From contig NC_057719.1 in NCBI RefSeq assembly GCF_004010195.1, positions 90,750,897 to 90,814,896 of the forward strand: DNA of 64,000 nucleotides. Direction: 5' to 3'. This DNA is from Chiloscyllium plagiosum (taxonomy: Eukaryota). This document shows, piece by piece, positions 50,040 through 63,440 of the stretch (the stretch's first letter is position 1; each line of letters begins with the position of its first letter). The notes beneath the pieces were generated by a model. It saw nothing but the letters and a program-made list of their open reading frames with translations, did not search any database and had not been told where the DNA came from. The translations under genes and the position numbers were made by a program.

Positions 50040-50620
50040 TTTCTTATTTTTTCCATGAGATGTGGGTATTTATTGCCCATTTATAATGGCTCTTGAAGAT
50101 GGAGAAAGTGATGGTGAGTTGCCTTCATGAATCACTGCAGTCCAAGTGCTGTAGGTGGATCCACAATGCTGTAGGGAAGGAATTCGGGGATTTGACCCAG
50201 TGACAGTCAAGGAACAATGGTGTATTTGCAAGTAACGATGGCAAGGGTCTTGGAGCAGAACTCTCAGGTGGTAGTGTTCCCATGTATCTGCTGCCCTTGA
50301 CCTTCTGGATGGAGATGGTGGTGGATTTGGAAAGTGCTATCTAAGGATCTTTGGTGAATTTCTGCAGTGCATCATAAATGCTGCACACTGCTACTTCTGA
50401 GCATTGATGATGGATGGATTGGATGTTGAAGGCATGAGATAGGGTGCTCATGAAGCAGACAGTGTTGCTGCATTCATTGAAACAAGTGGAGAGTTCCATC
50501 ACACTCCTCACTTGTGCCTTATAGACAGGCTTTGAGGAGTCAGGAGGAGAGTTACGTTCTGCAGGGCCCTACCCTCTGACCTGCTCTTGTAACTACTGTG
50601 TTTTTAGTCAGCGCCTCCAG
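50040..50620 (-). mobile_element. L2/CR1-superfamily LINE 3' end
   Basis: Reverse complement of the 18495-18885 family. Confidence 0.6.
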
Positions 50621-51741
50621 GATGTCTTTTTGATTGGAATACCAGTTAGAATAGCTGAGCCAGCACACTCTGCGCTGCTCTACTCATTTTGGTCTGCCCA
50701 ACAGCAGAGTACTGTTCCTCAACCTGCCAAAGGAGAGGCCACATTAGCATTGTAGATATCCATAAAATCATGAGGATTATTTCTTGGAACATTGAGACAA
50801 CACTGCTTGAGTGGTTTCAGTGTTAATGTGGACTGAACCTCTCTCCTCTCCACCCCCACCCCCTCTCCCTGCTAAGTTGCATAGCAAACACATCCTCCTC
50901 AAAGACAGTTATCAGCTGACAGGTAACAAAGAATTTCTACTGACACAGAACTGCAAAAACAAATCCCTCTCCCATCTGGAATGCCAGTATCTCTGTTGGA
51001 AAACACTCCACCTCTGACAAACTGATGACAGCTCTACCTCTTATTGGAACATTGCCTGATGATTGCAAGTATAACTAGTTGCAAAGTGGTAACTTGTCTG
51101 AGTACTGAAGTCCCTGGTTTCAGCCTATTATGGAAAAGCTGGACAACTCAACAGCTTGAGGATGTGCCAATGAAGATGTGACCATTTGCTCCACAAGTGG
51201 AGCATAAGGAACTTATATTATGATGGTGGCCTTCCAAATCTCATCACCATCCACTAACTGAACTCGTGCCTTGGGAGATTCTTTCACACTGCACACTGAA
51301 GTTGCTGAATGGGTAGTTCATCTCAACATGGAATTATTACGGTTTCCCCAACAAAATAAATACAGAATTCAGTATATTGCACGTGTCCCTCAGCTAGACA
51401 AAAGAGAAAGGTAATTGTGAAAGAAGGAAAACACTTCGCAATTTATTTTCATTTGCATGTATTGCTTTCCATCAAAGAACTTGCATGTTGTATCATTAAC
51501 TATATTCAAGTATCTGAAAGGCAAGATTATGAATTGTCATTATGAATCTGACATAATACACATTGTGGCATCAAACTTAGTTTACAGTTACGACAAACTG
51601 GAATAAATCATGAAGGTTTCAAACAAAAATGTAATTATGCCCCGTAACGGCTTTAGTTGTATTTTGATCAAGGTACTAAGGATTTATTCTTACTGAGTTT
51701 CAAAGAGATCTGTTTATTTTTCTTTAATTGATGTTTTACAG

Positions 51742-51839
51742 TGAGAGAGCTGATCCAAATTTCTGTAAGGACAGAATCACTGAAGGATCAAATATTAACA
51801 AATCTCTGGTTACTCTGGGAATAGTCATCTCCACTTTAG
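51742..51839 (+). CDS. STARD9: STARD9 coding exon, 98 bp (ERADPNFCKDRITEGSNINKSLVTLGIVISTL)
   Basis: ttttacag acceptor, gtgaga donor; EGxNINKSL motif; phase 2/1. Confidence 0.97.
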
Positions 51840-52016
51840 GTGAGATGTTGCCACAAACCTTTACACGTCATCTGGTAATGTAAGGATTTTTAAAATTAGA
51901 CATACCTGTGATTTTATGTTAAGGTTACCATATATGTAATTACAAAACAAAAAGGACATTCTTGTAAGGAAAAGAAAGGCCTACCTTTAAATAGCACTTT
52001 CCATGCCTCGAGCCAA

Positions 52017-53515
52017 TTAGAACATAGAACATAGAAGAATACAGCGCAGTACAGGCCCTTTGGCCCTCGATGTTGCGCCGATCCAAGCCCACCTAACCTA
52101 TACTAACCCACTATCCTCCATATACCTATCCAATGCCCGCTTAAATGCCCATAAAGAGGGAGAGTCCACCACTGCTACTGGCAGGGCATTCCATGAACTT
52201 ACGACTCGCTGAGTGAAGAACCTACCCCTAACTTCAGTCCTATATCTACCCCCCCTTAATTTAAAGCTATGCCCCCTCGTAATAGCTGACTCCATACGTG
52301 GAAAAAGATTCTCACTGTCGACCCTATCTAAACCCCTAATCATCTTGTACACCTCAATCAAGTCACCCCTAAACCTTATTTTCTCTAATGAAAACAGCCC
52401 CAAGTGTCTCAGTCTTTCCTCATACGATCTTCCTTCCATACCAGGCAACATCCTGGTAAACCTCCTCTGCACCCGTTCCAGTGCCACCACATCCTTCCTA
52501 TAGTATGGCGACCAAAACTGCACACAATATTCCAGATGCGGCCGCACCAGAGTCTTATACAACTGCATCATGACCTCAGGACTCCGGAACTCAATTCCTC
52601 TACCAATAAAAGCCAGTACGCCATATGCCTTCCTCACCGCACGATTTACCTGGGTGGCAACTTTCAGAGATCTGTGTACATGGACACCAAGATCCCTCTG
52701 CTCATCCACACTACCAAGTATCCGACCATTAGCCCAGTACCCCATCTTTTTGTTATTCTTCCCAAAGTGAATCACCTCGCACTTAGCTACATTGAATTCC
52801 ATCTGCCACCTTTCTGCCCAGCTCTGCAGCTTCTCTATATCCTGCTGTAACCTGCCACATCCTTCCTCACTGTCAACAACTCCTCCGACTTTCGTATCAT
52901 CCGCAAACTTGCTCACCCAACCTTCTAACCCCTCTTCCAGGTCATTTATAAAAATGACAAACAGCAATGGTCCCAAAACAGATCCTTGCGGAACACCGCT
53001 AGTGACGGCACTCCATGAAGAAACTTTGCCATCAACTACTACCCTCTGTCTTCTTCCATCCAGCCAATTCCTAATCCAAACCTCCAACTCACCCTCAATG
53101 CCATATCTCCGTATCTTCTGCAGTAGCCTACCATGGGGAACCTTATCAAACGCCTTACTAAAATCCATATATACCACATCTACCGCTTTCCCCTCATCAA
53201 CCTCCTTCGTCACCTTTACAAAGAATTCAATAAGGTTTGTGAGGCACGACCTGCCCTTCACAAAACCATACTGACTATCCTTGATCACATTATTCCTATC
53301 CAGATGTGCATAAATCCTATCCCTTACAATTCTCTCTAAGACTTTGCCCACAACAGAAGTGAGACTCACCGGCCTATAGTTACTAGGGTTATCCCTACTC
53401 CCCTTCTTGAACAAGAGAACCACATTTGCTATCCTCCAGTCTTCTGGCACTACTCCTGTAGACAAAGAGGACATAAAAATCAAGGCCAATGGCTCTGCAA
53501 TCTCCTCCCTTGCAA
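52017..53515 (-). mobile_element. Young 5'-truncated CR1 (HER1-like) LINE with uninterrupted RT ORF
   Basis: ORF 52098..53603 with NYRPVSLTS, DFSKAFDKVPH, GVPQGSVLGP, FADD; (ttctatg)n tail. Confidence 0.97.
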
Positions 53516-54107
53516 TCTCCATAGCGACCTCAGGGCTTTTTCTTTCTAAAGATCTCTCAGCTGGTTTGAAGTTCAAGCATTGTTTGCAAGCATGCAGTGA
53601 CATAACAAAACAAACTGAAGGTAAACAACATTTAATTCACTTCAAAATTCAACTTTTAGAATCCTTCATGTAACCCACACAGGGGACCGTTATGACAGCA
53701 TCTCGCTTGTTCCTATGAAATCATACTCAGTGCAAATTTGGATGTATTCCAATGCAATTTGCAAGAAATCTGAGTATTGCTTGTCATTTGCAGAATGGGC
53801 ATATTTTTTGAATGTATTTATGAGATTAATCCTTTGAAAGATATTTCCAGGACCAGGTATATTCAGCACATTTAAGATATTTTAATTATTGTACCACCCT
53901 TTTGGTTTTCACTGTGAATATGCAAACAGCAATTGCTCCTGAACAGATTTAATTAAACACTGCTGTGATGGCTTTTTTATTTCTGTCTCCAGCTGTTGTG
54001 GGAATCAAAAAGCCAAGGAGTCAAAAATGAGGGACTCAATAAGAAGGCATTGTTCTCATTAGAATAGGGAAGGTTAAGGGGAGATTTGTGGAGATATTGA
54101 AATTGGT

Positions 54108-54854
54108 NNNNNNNNNNNNNNNNNNNNNNNNNNNNNNNNNNNNNNNNNNNNNNNNNNNNNNNNNNNNNNNNNNNNNNNNNNNNNNNNNNNNNNNNNNNNN
54201 NNNNNNNNNNNNNNNNNNNNNNNNNNNNNNNNNNNNNNNNNNNNNNNNNNNNNNNNNNNNNNNNNNNNNNNNNNNNNNNNNNNNNNNNNNNNNNNNNNNN
54301 NNNNNNNNNNNNNNNNNNNNNNNNNNNNNNNNNNNNNNNNNNNNNNNNNNNNNNNNNNNNNNNNNNNNNNNNNNNNNNNNNNNNNNNNNNNNNNNNNNNN
54401 NNNNNNNNNNNNNNNNNNNNNNNNNNNNNNNNNNNNNNNNNNNNNNNNNNNNNNNNNNNNNNNNNNNNNNNNNNNNNNNNNNNNNNNNNNNNNNNNNNNN
54501 NNNNNNNNNNNNNNNNNNNNNNNNNNNNNNNNNNNNNNNNNNNNNNNNNNNNNNNNNNNNNNNNNNNNNNNNNNNNNNNNNNNNNNNNNNNNNNNNNNNN
54601 NNNNNNNNNNNNNNNNNNNNNNNNNNNNNNNNNNNNNNNNNNNNNNNNNNNNNNNNNNNNNNNNNNNNNNNNNNNNNNNNNNNNNNNNNNNNNNNNNNNN
54701 NNNNNNNNNNNNNNNNNNNNNNNNNNNNNNNNNNNNNNNNNNNNNNNNNNNNNNNNNNNNNNNNNNNNNNNNNNNNNNNNNNNNNNNNNNNNNNNNNNNN
54801 NNNNNNNNNNNNNNNNNNNNNNNNNNNNNNNNNNNNNNNNNNNNNNNNNNNNNN
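54108..54854. other. Assembly gap (N run)
   Basis: Continuous n. Confidence 1.
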
Positions 54855-55530
54855 ATCCCTCCCTCCTGCCCCATCCCTGTAGCCACGCATTTAACTGTTC
54901 TCTCTCCCTATTCCTTGACTTTCTATCACGTGGCACGGGTAACAAACCAGAGACAACAACTCGGTTTGTTCTAACTCTGATCTTCCAACCTAGCTCCCTG
55001 AAAGCCTGTCTAACATCCTCGGCACTCCTCCTACCTATGTCGTTGGTGCCAATATGGACCACGACTTCGGGCTGGTCCCCCTCCCCCTCCAGGACCCGGG
55101 AAACACGATCAGAGACATCACGTACCCTTGCACCTGGGAGGCAACATACCAAACGTGAGTCTCTCTCGTTCCCACAAAACCGCCTATCTGTGCCCCTAAC
55201 TATCGAGTCCCCAATTACTACTGCTCTGCTCTTCTTCGCCCTTCCCTTCTGAGTAACGGGGACAGGCTCCGTGCCAGAGACCTGAGCCCCGTTACTTACC
55301 CCTGGTAAGTCATCCCCCCCACAAGTATCCCACACTGTATACTTGTTCTTGAGGGGGACGGCCGCAGGGGGTCCCTGCACTGGCTGCTTCCTCCCAGTCC
55401 CCCTCACTGTCACCCATCTATCTGCCATCTTTGGAGTTACTACTTCCCTATAACTCTGATCTATGACCCCCTCTGCCTCCCGAATGATCCGAAGTTCATC
55501 CAACTCCAGCTCCAGTTCCCTAACACGGTC
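54855..55530 (-). mobile_element. CR1 ORF1 fragment (coiled coil plus SGNH/GDSL esterase), open into the gap
   Basis: RVRELELELDELR...VIGDSIVRG...CLPGA...HIGTNDI. Confidence 0.92.
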
Positions 55531-55789
55531 AGTCACTGGAGCAGTTTTACAATATGGTCATTGTTGCAGTCATAAAGAAGAAGGCTGCTTAGCCACCCTG
55601 CCTGAAGAAGCTGTCCAATTTAGCCCCACAGCCCAGCATTTTTCTTATAACTCTGAAAATAAATCCCCTTGTGTGCTTGTGCAATTGCCTTTTAATCATT
55701 CCTATGGAATCCAATTTAATTATCTTTTAGCATGGATTACTTTTAGCCTACAACCTCTGGTTATTGATCCAACTTCCTTTAGAGGAAGC

Positions 55790-56255
55790 ATTAAGACATA
55801 CAAGTAGGAGTGGGGCTCGGCCATTTGGCCCTTGAAACCAGCCCCAGGCCTCAACTTCTCTATATGCCTCAATTCCTCAATAATTCAAAGATCTTTCTGC
55901 CTCCTCTTTAAGTACTTTCAGTGATCTAGCCTCCCAACTGTAGAAAATTCCAGATGTTCATTACTTTTGAAGAAGAAATTCCTTTGTATTCAGTCTTAAA
56001 AGAGTGTTTCCTTACTCTGTAACTATCTTCCCAAGTTTAAGATCTCCCAATGAGTGAAAACATCTTGTCACCATCTACCCTGTCAAACCCTCTCAGAATT
56101 GTGAAAGTTTCAGAAAAATCACCCATATTCTTCTAAACTCTAATAAATAGAGACCAAAACTGTTTAGCCGTCCTTGACAACTTAACCCCTTTCATCCCAG
56201 GAATTAAAGTAGTGAATCACTTTTAAACTGCCTACAATGCCAATATATCCTTTCT
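55790..56255 (-). mobile_element. Degraded CR1 3' end
   Basis: aagtaggagtggggctcggccatttggccc tail; tctaccctgtcaaacccc. Confidence 0.7.
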
Positions 56256-57402
56256 CCCTATTTGTTTTTAGAGATAATCAAAGAAGTTAGGATTTAAGAG
56301 ACCTTCCCTTAAACAAGGTTCGTGATTTTAAAGGAGATCTTCCAAGATAGCTATATGAATAATAAAAGATTAGCACCCAATATTGAATCAGAGAGCAAGA
56401 GTCAGCAGAGATCAATTTATTTTTAAAATCAAAGCTACGATTCAACATAGATAATTAGCTCTTGGCAAGTGAGGTATAGTCATAGACAAAAGGGTTATAA
56501 TTTCTTCTCCCATTTCTTCAACTGCTTAATATCGGTGGAATGAAACACTCCCCAGAAATGTTAATATTTAATATTAACTCTCAATATTTGGTCATGAACA
56601 AGCCATACACAAAGCTAAAAAATTAAATGGAAAAGTTATTCCAAGTTGGAGTTTTTGCCATCATTTTATAAACCTGTGACTGAAGAACCTGACACGTGAT
56701 GGTGAGTATTCGCAACAACAGGCTGGAAACCAGCTAAAAGGGTTTCATCCATTTATGGGTGTCTCTTATTTGCAATGTCAAATAGTAGTGACGAGACTAA
56801 AAAGCACTGACCAAAAAGTTGCTTTTTAATAGATAATTTGACATCTGTCTGAGTTTCACAGAAAACTAATTTAATCCTGCATGTATTGTTTGTTGTTTTA
56901 AATAAGGAGTCTGCAACAAGGCTCTCCAGCAAATACCAGGTGTGTATGAAGCATCACATTTATCTTGGGATTTTCATTTTTGTCTGTTTAATCTTTGAAA
57001 AGAAGAAGGGTCTCACTTTATTCAAGATAATATTCTCTTGTCCCTGTTCAGTGACAGAATGGCTCTTGCATTTATCTATTCAATTTATCTGAATAAATTG
57101 GTTGCCGAATTTTCTACATACAATAGAAATTTAAATTCAAAACTACTACATTGACTGCAAACCACTTAGCAATGTCCAGAGGTTGTGAAAGATGCAATAT
57201 AAAAAGAGAAATCTTTTTCTTTTTAACTGCTTACATTGAAGCTTTATTGAATTCAAATTCTTAGCCTGCTGTTTGAGGCAATCAAGTCTTTAGCTGTTTT
57301 GAGAACACAAGTTTGTTTTTGTTCAGTTAAAGGAACTCTCGTGATGATGTCTCATTGCAAGTAAGTTCTCCTCAATTTGTACATTATTTTCCAAATATGC
57401 AG

Positions 57403-57594
57403 CACAAAATTCCCAAATGTCCACCAGCTGCCAGAGTATTAATAGTATGGTGAGCGAAGGTGATTCTGGAAGCCATTCCAGTGCATATTCAGGAAGCAGC
57501 AGACGCCAATGTTATGTTCCTTACCGTGATTCTGTCCTCACCTGGCTTCTCAAGGACAGTCTTGGAGGAAATTCAAAAACCATTATGATTGCAA
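57403..57594 (+). CDS. STARD9: STARD9 coding exon, 192 bp, loop-12 Ser-rich insert plus [25 protein letters not shown]
   Basis: tgcag acceptor, gtgagt donor; ORF 57417-57608 shows the motif; a Ser-rich L12 insert rather than a K-loop points to STARD9; phase 1/1. Confidence 0.97.
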
Positions 57595-60221
57595 GTGAGT
57601 ATCATTGACGTTTTCGAAAATCAATTAGTCAGAAAATGAGTTTAGTATTTAATTGTCTGAATCAGCATCAAAACTTGTATTTCTCTAATATCTTTAGGAT
57701 AATAAAGCATCCCATCTCATGTCACAAAAGTATTACAAAGCAAAATTAGACTGGGCTATATAAGGGGATAGCATAGATGGTTAAAAGATCAGTGGAAGTG
57801 GTAGCTTCAAAGAGTACCTTTAAGAAAGAAGAAGCAGTGTAGAAATTTAGAGAGAAATCTAGAGCTTGGCCATGAGCACATTTTGAACACATTATTTTAA
57901 AAATTTCCTCATTAATCTCATTCTTTGTGTATAATTTCTCCTTACTAACTTTGTCCAAGGTTTGAACCATTGCCGGAAGAAACCAAAGAGAAATTACTAC
58001 CATTACTATGTTGGAGGTCAGCGAGAACATTTTAGGATATTGCAGGAGTAATAGAGTTGTCACAGTAGGGAATTTTAATTTTCCTAACATAGACTGGGAC
58101 TGCCAGAGTGTTAGATGGGATGGAATTTATTAACTGCTTTCAGGAAAGTTTCCTGAAGCAGTATATAGAGGGTCCTACTCAGTAACGGGCAAAACTCGAC
58201 CTACTCTTGGGAAATAGGGCAGAGGTGACAGTGGGGGAACACTTTGGGACCAGTCACCATAGTTATATTAGTTTTAAAAAAGTTATGCAGAGGGACAAAC
58301 TAGTCTACAGGTTCAAGTTCTAAATTGGGTTAAGACACATCTTGATGGAAATGGACAGGACCCTGCAAGGGTTGATTGGAGTGGTTTGTTTGCAGGCAAA
58401 GGCACCTCCAGCAAGTGGGAGGCCTTTAAAAGTGAGATAGCTGGAGTTCAAGGTCTGTGTTCCTGTGAGGGTGAAAGGCAAGGTTGACAGGAATAGCGAC
58501 CCCTGGATGACGAGATGTCGAGGCTTTGACCAGAAAAAAGGAGGGGGCGTTGCTCAGGTACAGGCAGCTGGGATCAAGGGAATCCCTGGAGGTATACTGG
58601 GAATTACTGAAGGAGATCAAAAGTGCAAAAAGGGGCCACGAGATAGCCTTGGCTAAGAAGATTAGGGTGAATCCAAAGAGGGTCTTTAAATATATTTAAG
58701 GAGAAAGAATAATTAGAGAGAGAATAGGGCCTCTGAAGGACCAAAGTGGACATGTATGTGGAGAACTGCAGGAGATAGGCAAGGTCCTCAATGAATATTT
58801 CTCCTTTGTGTTTACTGTGGAGAAAGACATGAAGACTTGGAAACTTGGGGAAGTTAGTGGTGATACCTTGGCGACAGTCCATATCACAGTCGAGGAGGTG
58901 TCGGATGTATTAGAATGTGTGAAGGTGGATAGATCTCCTGGTCCTGACCAGATATATCCAAGACCACTGCAAGAGGCTAGAGAAGAAATTATGGGGGCCC
59001 TGATTGATATATTTGCATCATCGTTAGCCACGGGTGAGGACCTAGAAGACTATTGGGTAGTGAATGTTGTTCCTTATTCAAGAAGGGCTGCAAAGAAGAA
59101 CCTGGGATCTATAGACTAGTAAGCATAACATCTGTGGTGGGTACGTAACTTGAGAAGACTCTGAGACAAGATGGGGTTTGATTAGGCATAGTCAACATAG
59201 CTTTCTGAGTGGGAGATTATGTCTCACAAATTTGTTTGAGTTCTTTGATGAAGTGACCAGGAAGGTTGATGAGGGCAGAGTGGTAGATTTAGACGCTGGA
59301 TTTCAGTAAGGCCTTTGATAAGGTTCCACATAGTCGGCTGCTCCAAAAGATTAGATTGCATGGAATCCAGAGGGAGCTGGCAAATTGGATGCAATTGCCT
59401 TGATGATGAGAAACAGAGGGCACTAGTAGGAGGATGCTTGTCGGACTGGAGGTCTGTGACTAGTGGAGTGCCTCAGGGGTTGGTGCTGGGCCATTACTGT
59501 TATCTAAATGAATGATTTGGATGAGAATGTACAAGGCATGATTAGTAAGTTTGCTGATGACAGTAAAATAGGTGGTATCGTGAACAGTGAGAAACATTAT
59601 CAAAAATTGCAGCAGGACCTTGCACAGCTGGGGAACTGGGCTGAGAAATGGCAAATGGAATTAATATAGATAAATGTGAGGTCTTGAATTTTGGAAAGTC
59701 AAATCAAGGTTTAGAGTTTCATGGTGAATGGTTGGGCCTGAAGGAGTGTAGTGGAACAGAGGGATATTGGAATTCGGGTTCACAGTTCTCTGAAAGTGGA
59801 GTTACAGGTAAACAGGGCAATGTAGAAGGCTTTTGGCACACTGGCCTTCATCAGATAGGGCATTGAGTATAGAAGTTGGGAAGTTATGTTGCAGTTGTAC
59901 AGGACGTTGCTGAGGCTGCACTTGGAGTATTGTGTTCAGCTTTGGTTACCTTGCTATAAGAAGGAAAGAGTACAGAAGAAATTTACAAGGATGTTGCCAG
60001 GACTCGATGGCCTGAATTGTAGGGAGAGGTTGGACAACCTAGGACTTTTTCCTTTGGAGCATAGGGGACTGAGGGGGGACCTTTTATAGAAGTGTATAAG
60101 ACTATCAGAGGCACGGGTAGAGTGAATGCACTCTGTCTTTTTCCCAGGGTTGGGGAATCAAGGACTAGAGGCGATCAGTTTAAGGTTAGAGGGGAAAGAA
60201 TTAAAAGGAACCTGAGGGGCA

Positions 60222-60813
60222 ATTTTTTTTTGTAAACAAAAAAAACATTTTTTGACTTTACAAAAGTAGAACAAATACCAGTATAATAAAAATAAATTCA
60301 AATTATGGTATAACTACTGTCTACTAATTACTAAACTACCTTATAAAACAAAACAAAAAACCAAACACTGCAAAACAAGACCAATAAATAAGTAAGTGAC
60401 TTAAAAAAACAAAAGAACACACAAGAACATAACATAACAATCCTCGGCGCAAAGCTCCCAAAAAAAATGGGAGCAGTGTGTATATATACCCATATACCCG
60501 TACTAACTCAGGAGTCCCCCTTTCAGGGCCCAGGGCTCAGCAAACCTAACCATCCTGGTTAAACAAATGCCCTAGTTAAGATAGCAGACAAATTTATGTC
60601 CAAATAACTCAAAAAGGGCTGCCATGCCTTATAAAATAAGGGTCTGTTGTGTGGCGCACCATCTTTGTGATAGGTATATGCATTGGATAGGTATATGGAG
60701 GATAGTGGGTTAGTATAGGTTAGGTGGGCTTGGATCGGCGCAACATCGAGGGCCAAAGGGCCTGTACTGCGCTGTATTCTTCTAAAATCCAAGGGAATGT
60801 GCTCCATAATTAA
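60222..60813 (-). mobile_element. 5'-truncated L1/Tx1-like LINE 3' end with a nested CR1 tail (about 60669-60783, +)
   Basis: LIMEHIPLDF...FYKAWQPFLSYL* C-terminus; poly(A) and A/T-rich UTR; TSD gaggggcaa(c/t)ttt at 60214 and 60814. Confidence 0.75.
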
Positions 60814-61017
60814 GAGGGGCAACTTTTTTTACGTAGAAGGTGATACACACATGAAACGAACTACGAGTGGAAGTGGTTGAGGTGGGTACATTTTCAACAT
60901 TTAAAAGGCATTTGAACAAATACATGGATAGGAAAGGATTAAAAATATGAGTCGGGTGCAGAAAAATGGGGTTAGCGTTGACATACAGTTTGGTTGGCAT
61001 GGACCAGGAACTTAGGA

Positions 61018-61352
61018 TCCCCACAATGTGGAAACAGGCCCTTCGGGCCAACAAATCCACACCGACCCTCTGACGAGTAACCCACCCAGACCCATTCTCC
61101 CTACCCTCAATTTACTCCTGACTAATGCACCAAACCTACACATCCCTGAACACTCTGGGTAATTTAGCATGGCCAATTCACCTGACCTGCAGTGTCTTTA
61201 GATGGTGGGAGGAAACCAGAGCACCTGGAGGAAACCCCCGCAGACCCATGGAGAATGTGCAACCTCCATGCAGTTGACCGAGGCTGGAATCGAACCCGGG
61301 TCCCTGGCGCTGTGAGGCAGCAGTGCTAACCACTGAGCCACCCCGCCGCCCC
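61018..61352 (-). mobile_element. HE1-type SINE
   Basis: Reverse complement head ggcggggtggctcagtggttagcactgctgcctcacagcgcc. Confidence 0.88.
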
Positions 61353-62541
61353 GACAGTTTGGGCCAAAGGGTCTGTCTCGGTGCTGTAGGAATAGGTGAC
61401 TCTAATATTCACACCTACTCCAGGAAAGTGGCTGAGATTAGAAACCCAATTTAAGTCACTAACTTTCACATATTCCATGTTGCATGATCTTATCTTTCTA
61501 TTCCCCTTTTTTATCACCATTCCTCCTCAATGTTGCATTGTTTTGTCACATTCAAGTTGCTCAGCATCTTTACCTGAGTAGTTCCTACCAGTAGTAGTAG
61601 CCTATTCTCCAATGCATCTCTTAGCAATCCAATGGTTACAGTCAGCAGCTAGACTCCTTTTTATGAAACTTTGAATAAAATCTAGATCATATCAAAACTT
61701 AGACACTAGGTGGAGTATGCTAAAATGTAACTTGGGGATACGGTGTTGGTGGAGCAGGCAAACCTTCTTTTATGCTTGAATGTGTTGTGTGTTTTGCTCA
61801 ACAGTACAGTAGCATTGCAGTGCCTCTGGAATATTGGTCCAGCACACTCTAGTGTCAGGCTAATTTTAACCTGATGTTATTCTTTACTTAAATTGAAGGA
61901 GGATATATGGTGAGAGTGAAAACCACTAAGAAAGCACATACAAATGAGTAAACCTGTGGCTCTTCAAAGGCATTAATGAGAAAAGGTTGATCAACGTGTA
62001 TTAGCCAGATTATTTGCACTTCTACATTGCTGACATCTTGTGACCTAGTCACATACAAGTGGACAAGGATTATTTTGCTCTTTGCTCATCAAAAGCTCAA
62101 ACATATTCTGAAATATTGCATCTGGTAATGCAATAGTTAGCAATGTTTCAGTTGTGTTATTTCAAGCTTGTCATTTGCAATTCCTTTTATTTTTGAAAAA
62201 AGGGGATTAAAAGTTACGATGCTCATCAAATTGAATTATTGATTTTATTTTTGAAAGATATTATTGGGTTCATTTGAAATGTTAAGTATTGAAGCATTTT
62301 TATAGATCTTTTCCCAGTTTGTCTACTGTTTTAAGTGTATCCTGCAGCAGTACCATAATGGATTATAAATATTGAAACACTGCAAAGTGCTTCCAAAAGT
62401 GAAAGCTGCTTTTCTAATAAATTGTTGTAGTAATCTGTTTTTGCAAACCTTTTGCTTTACTTTATATTGATCTTTTGTCCTTTTGTTTGTCTCTTTCTGA
62501 TTTGCAACATGATCATCACATCCTATGTTTTTTGACTGTAG

Positions 62542-62639
62542 CAATCTCTCCTGCAAGCACAAGTTACAGTGAAACAATCAGCACCTTAAGATATGCAGCA
62601 CATGCAAAGAATATTATCAATAAACCACGAGTGAATGAG
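62542..62639 (+). CDS. STARD9: STARD9 coding exon, 98 bp ([33 protein letters not shown])
   Basis: ctgtag acceptor, gtgaga donor; ETxSTLRYA motif and kinesin-3 neck linker; phase 1/0. Confidence 0.97.
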
Positions 62640-63362
62640 GTGAGACATTGATGGCTATCTATCAGTTTATTACATTCGAGCTCTAATATTATATCTCACT
62701 CAATTTGATTAGTTGCTTTAAATTGCTTTGTTGAATACGGAACTGACCCATGCTGGCATATTCAGGCCAAGTGAGCACTCTTGAGCTCAAGAGAAGAAAG
62801 ATCAGACCTTGTTCTGATTTTCTGACCACGTTTCATTCACTCTTGATGGATCATGAGCAATCGGTGAGTTTAGAATCAGGCTTACCTCTGACGCCCTCAT
62901 TTTGATAACCTGCTAACACATGAAAAAGGGTGCTGAGAAAGATACTGAAAATGTGGCACTGACAACATCTTGCATTTTTTATTGCATCTTTATAATATAA
63001 AACATCCAAAAGTGTTATACAGAATCTAACATTAGTTCACACAAGCGGATTAAAGCAGGTGACCAAAAGCTTGGCCAGTGAGCTAGGTGTTGAGGACCAA
63101 CTTAAAAAAAGCTCAAGATAGAGAGGTTTAGGAAGATAATTCCAGCTTTAGCCCGAGATAATTGAAGGCATTGCTGCTATTGATGGAATGATTAAAGCAG
63201 GAGTTCCCTGAGCATTATACAAGCAACAATGAAATCCTATGCTAGTGTAAGAGAAAAAAATGCAATGACAATAAATGGAATCATTGTATTTCTAAATTGG
63301 AATTGTTTTGTATATAAAGTGTATTGTGTAATTTAATGTTGAGTCCCCTTAACATTTTTCAG

Positions 63363-63440
63363 GATGCTAATGTAAAATTGATTAGAGAACTGCGTGAGGA
63401 AATTGACCGATTGAAAGCCATGCTGATGAGTTTTGAATTA
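63363..63440 (+). CDS. STARD9: STARD9 coding exon, 78 bp, neck coil (DANVKLIRELREEIDRLKAMLMSFEL)
   Basis: tttttcag acceptor, gtaagt donor; kinesin-3 neck coil; phase 0/0. Confidence 0.96.

Larger units (their letters stand above)
57990..61392 (+). mobile_element. Long degraded CR1 ORF2 with nested L1-like element and HE1 SINE
   Basis: GxFNFPNIDW, SPGPDQIYPR, SGVPQG, HLEYCVQLW; resumes at 60814 and about 61355. Confidence 0.9.

Noticed and set aside
53516..53603. N-terminal ~30 aa of the 501-aa ORF as a real start
   Set aside because: Chance open flanking sequence upstream of the CR1 5' truncation; not a host gene.
9795..63440. Assignment to KIF16B, KIF1 or KIF13
   Set aside because: The Ser-rich L12 insert with DSGxxS, HxxSSRSH, ERADPxxCKDRI and the neck ending SFEL fit STARD9 as I recall it.
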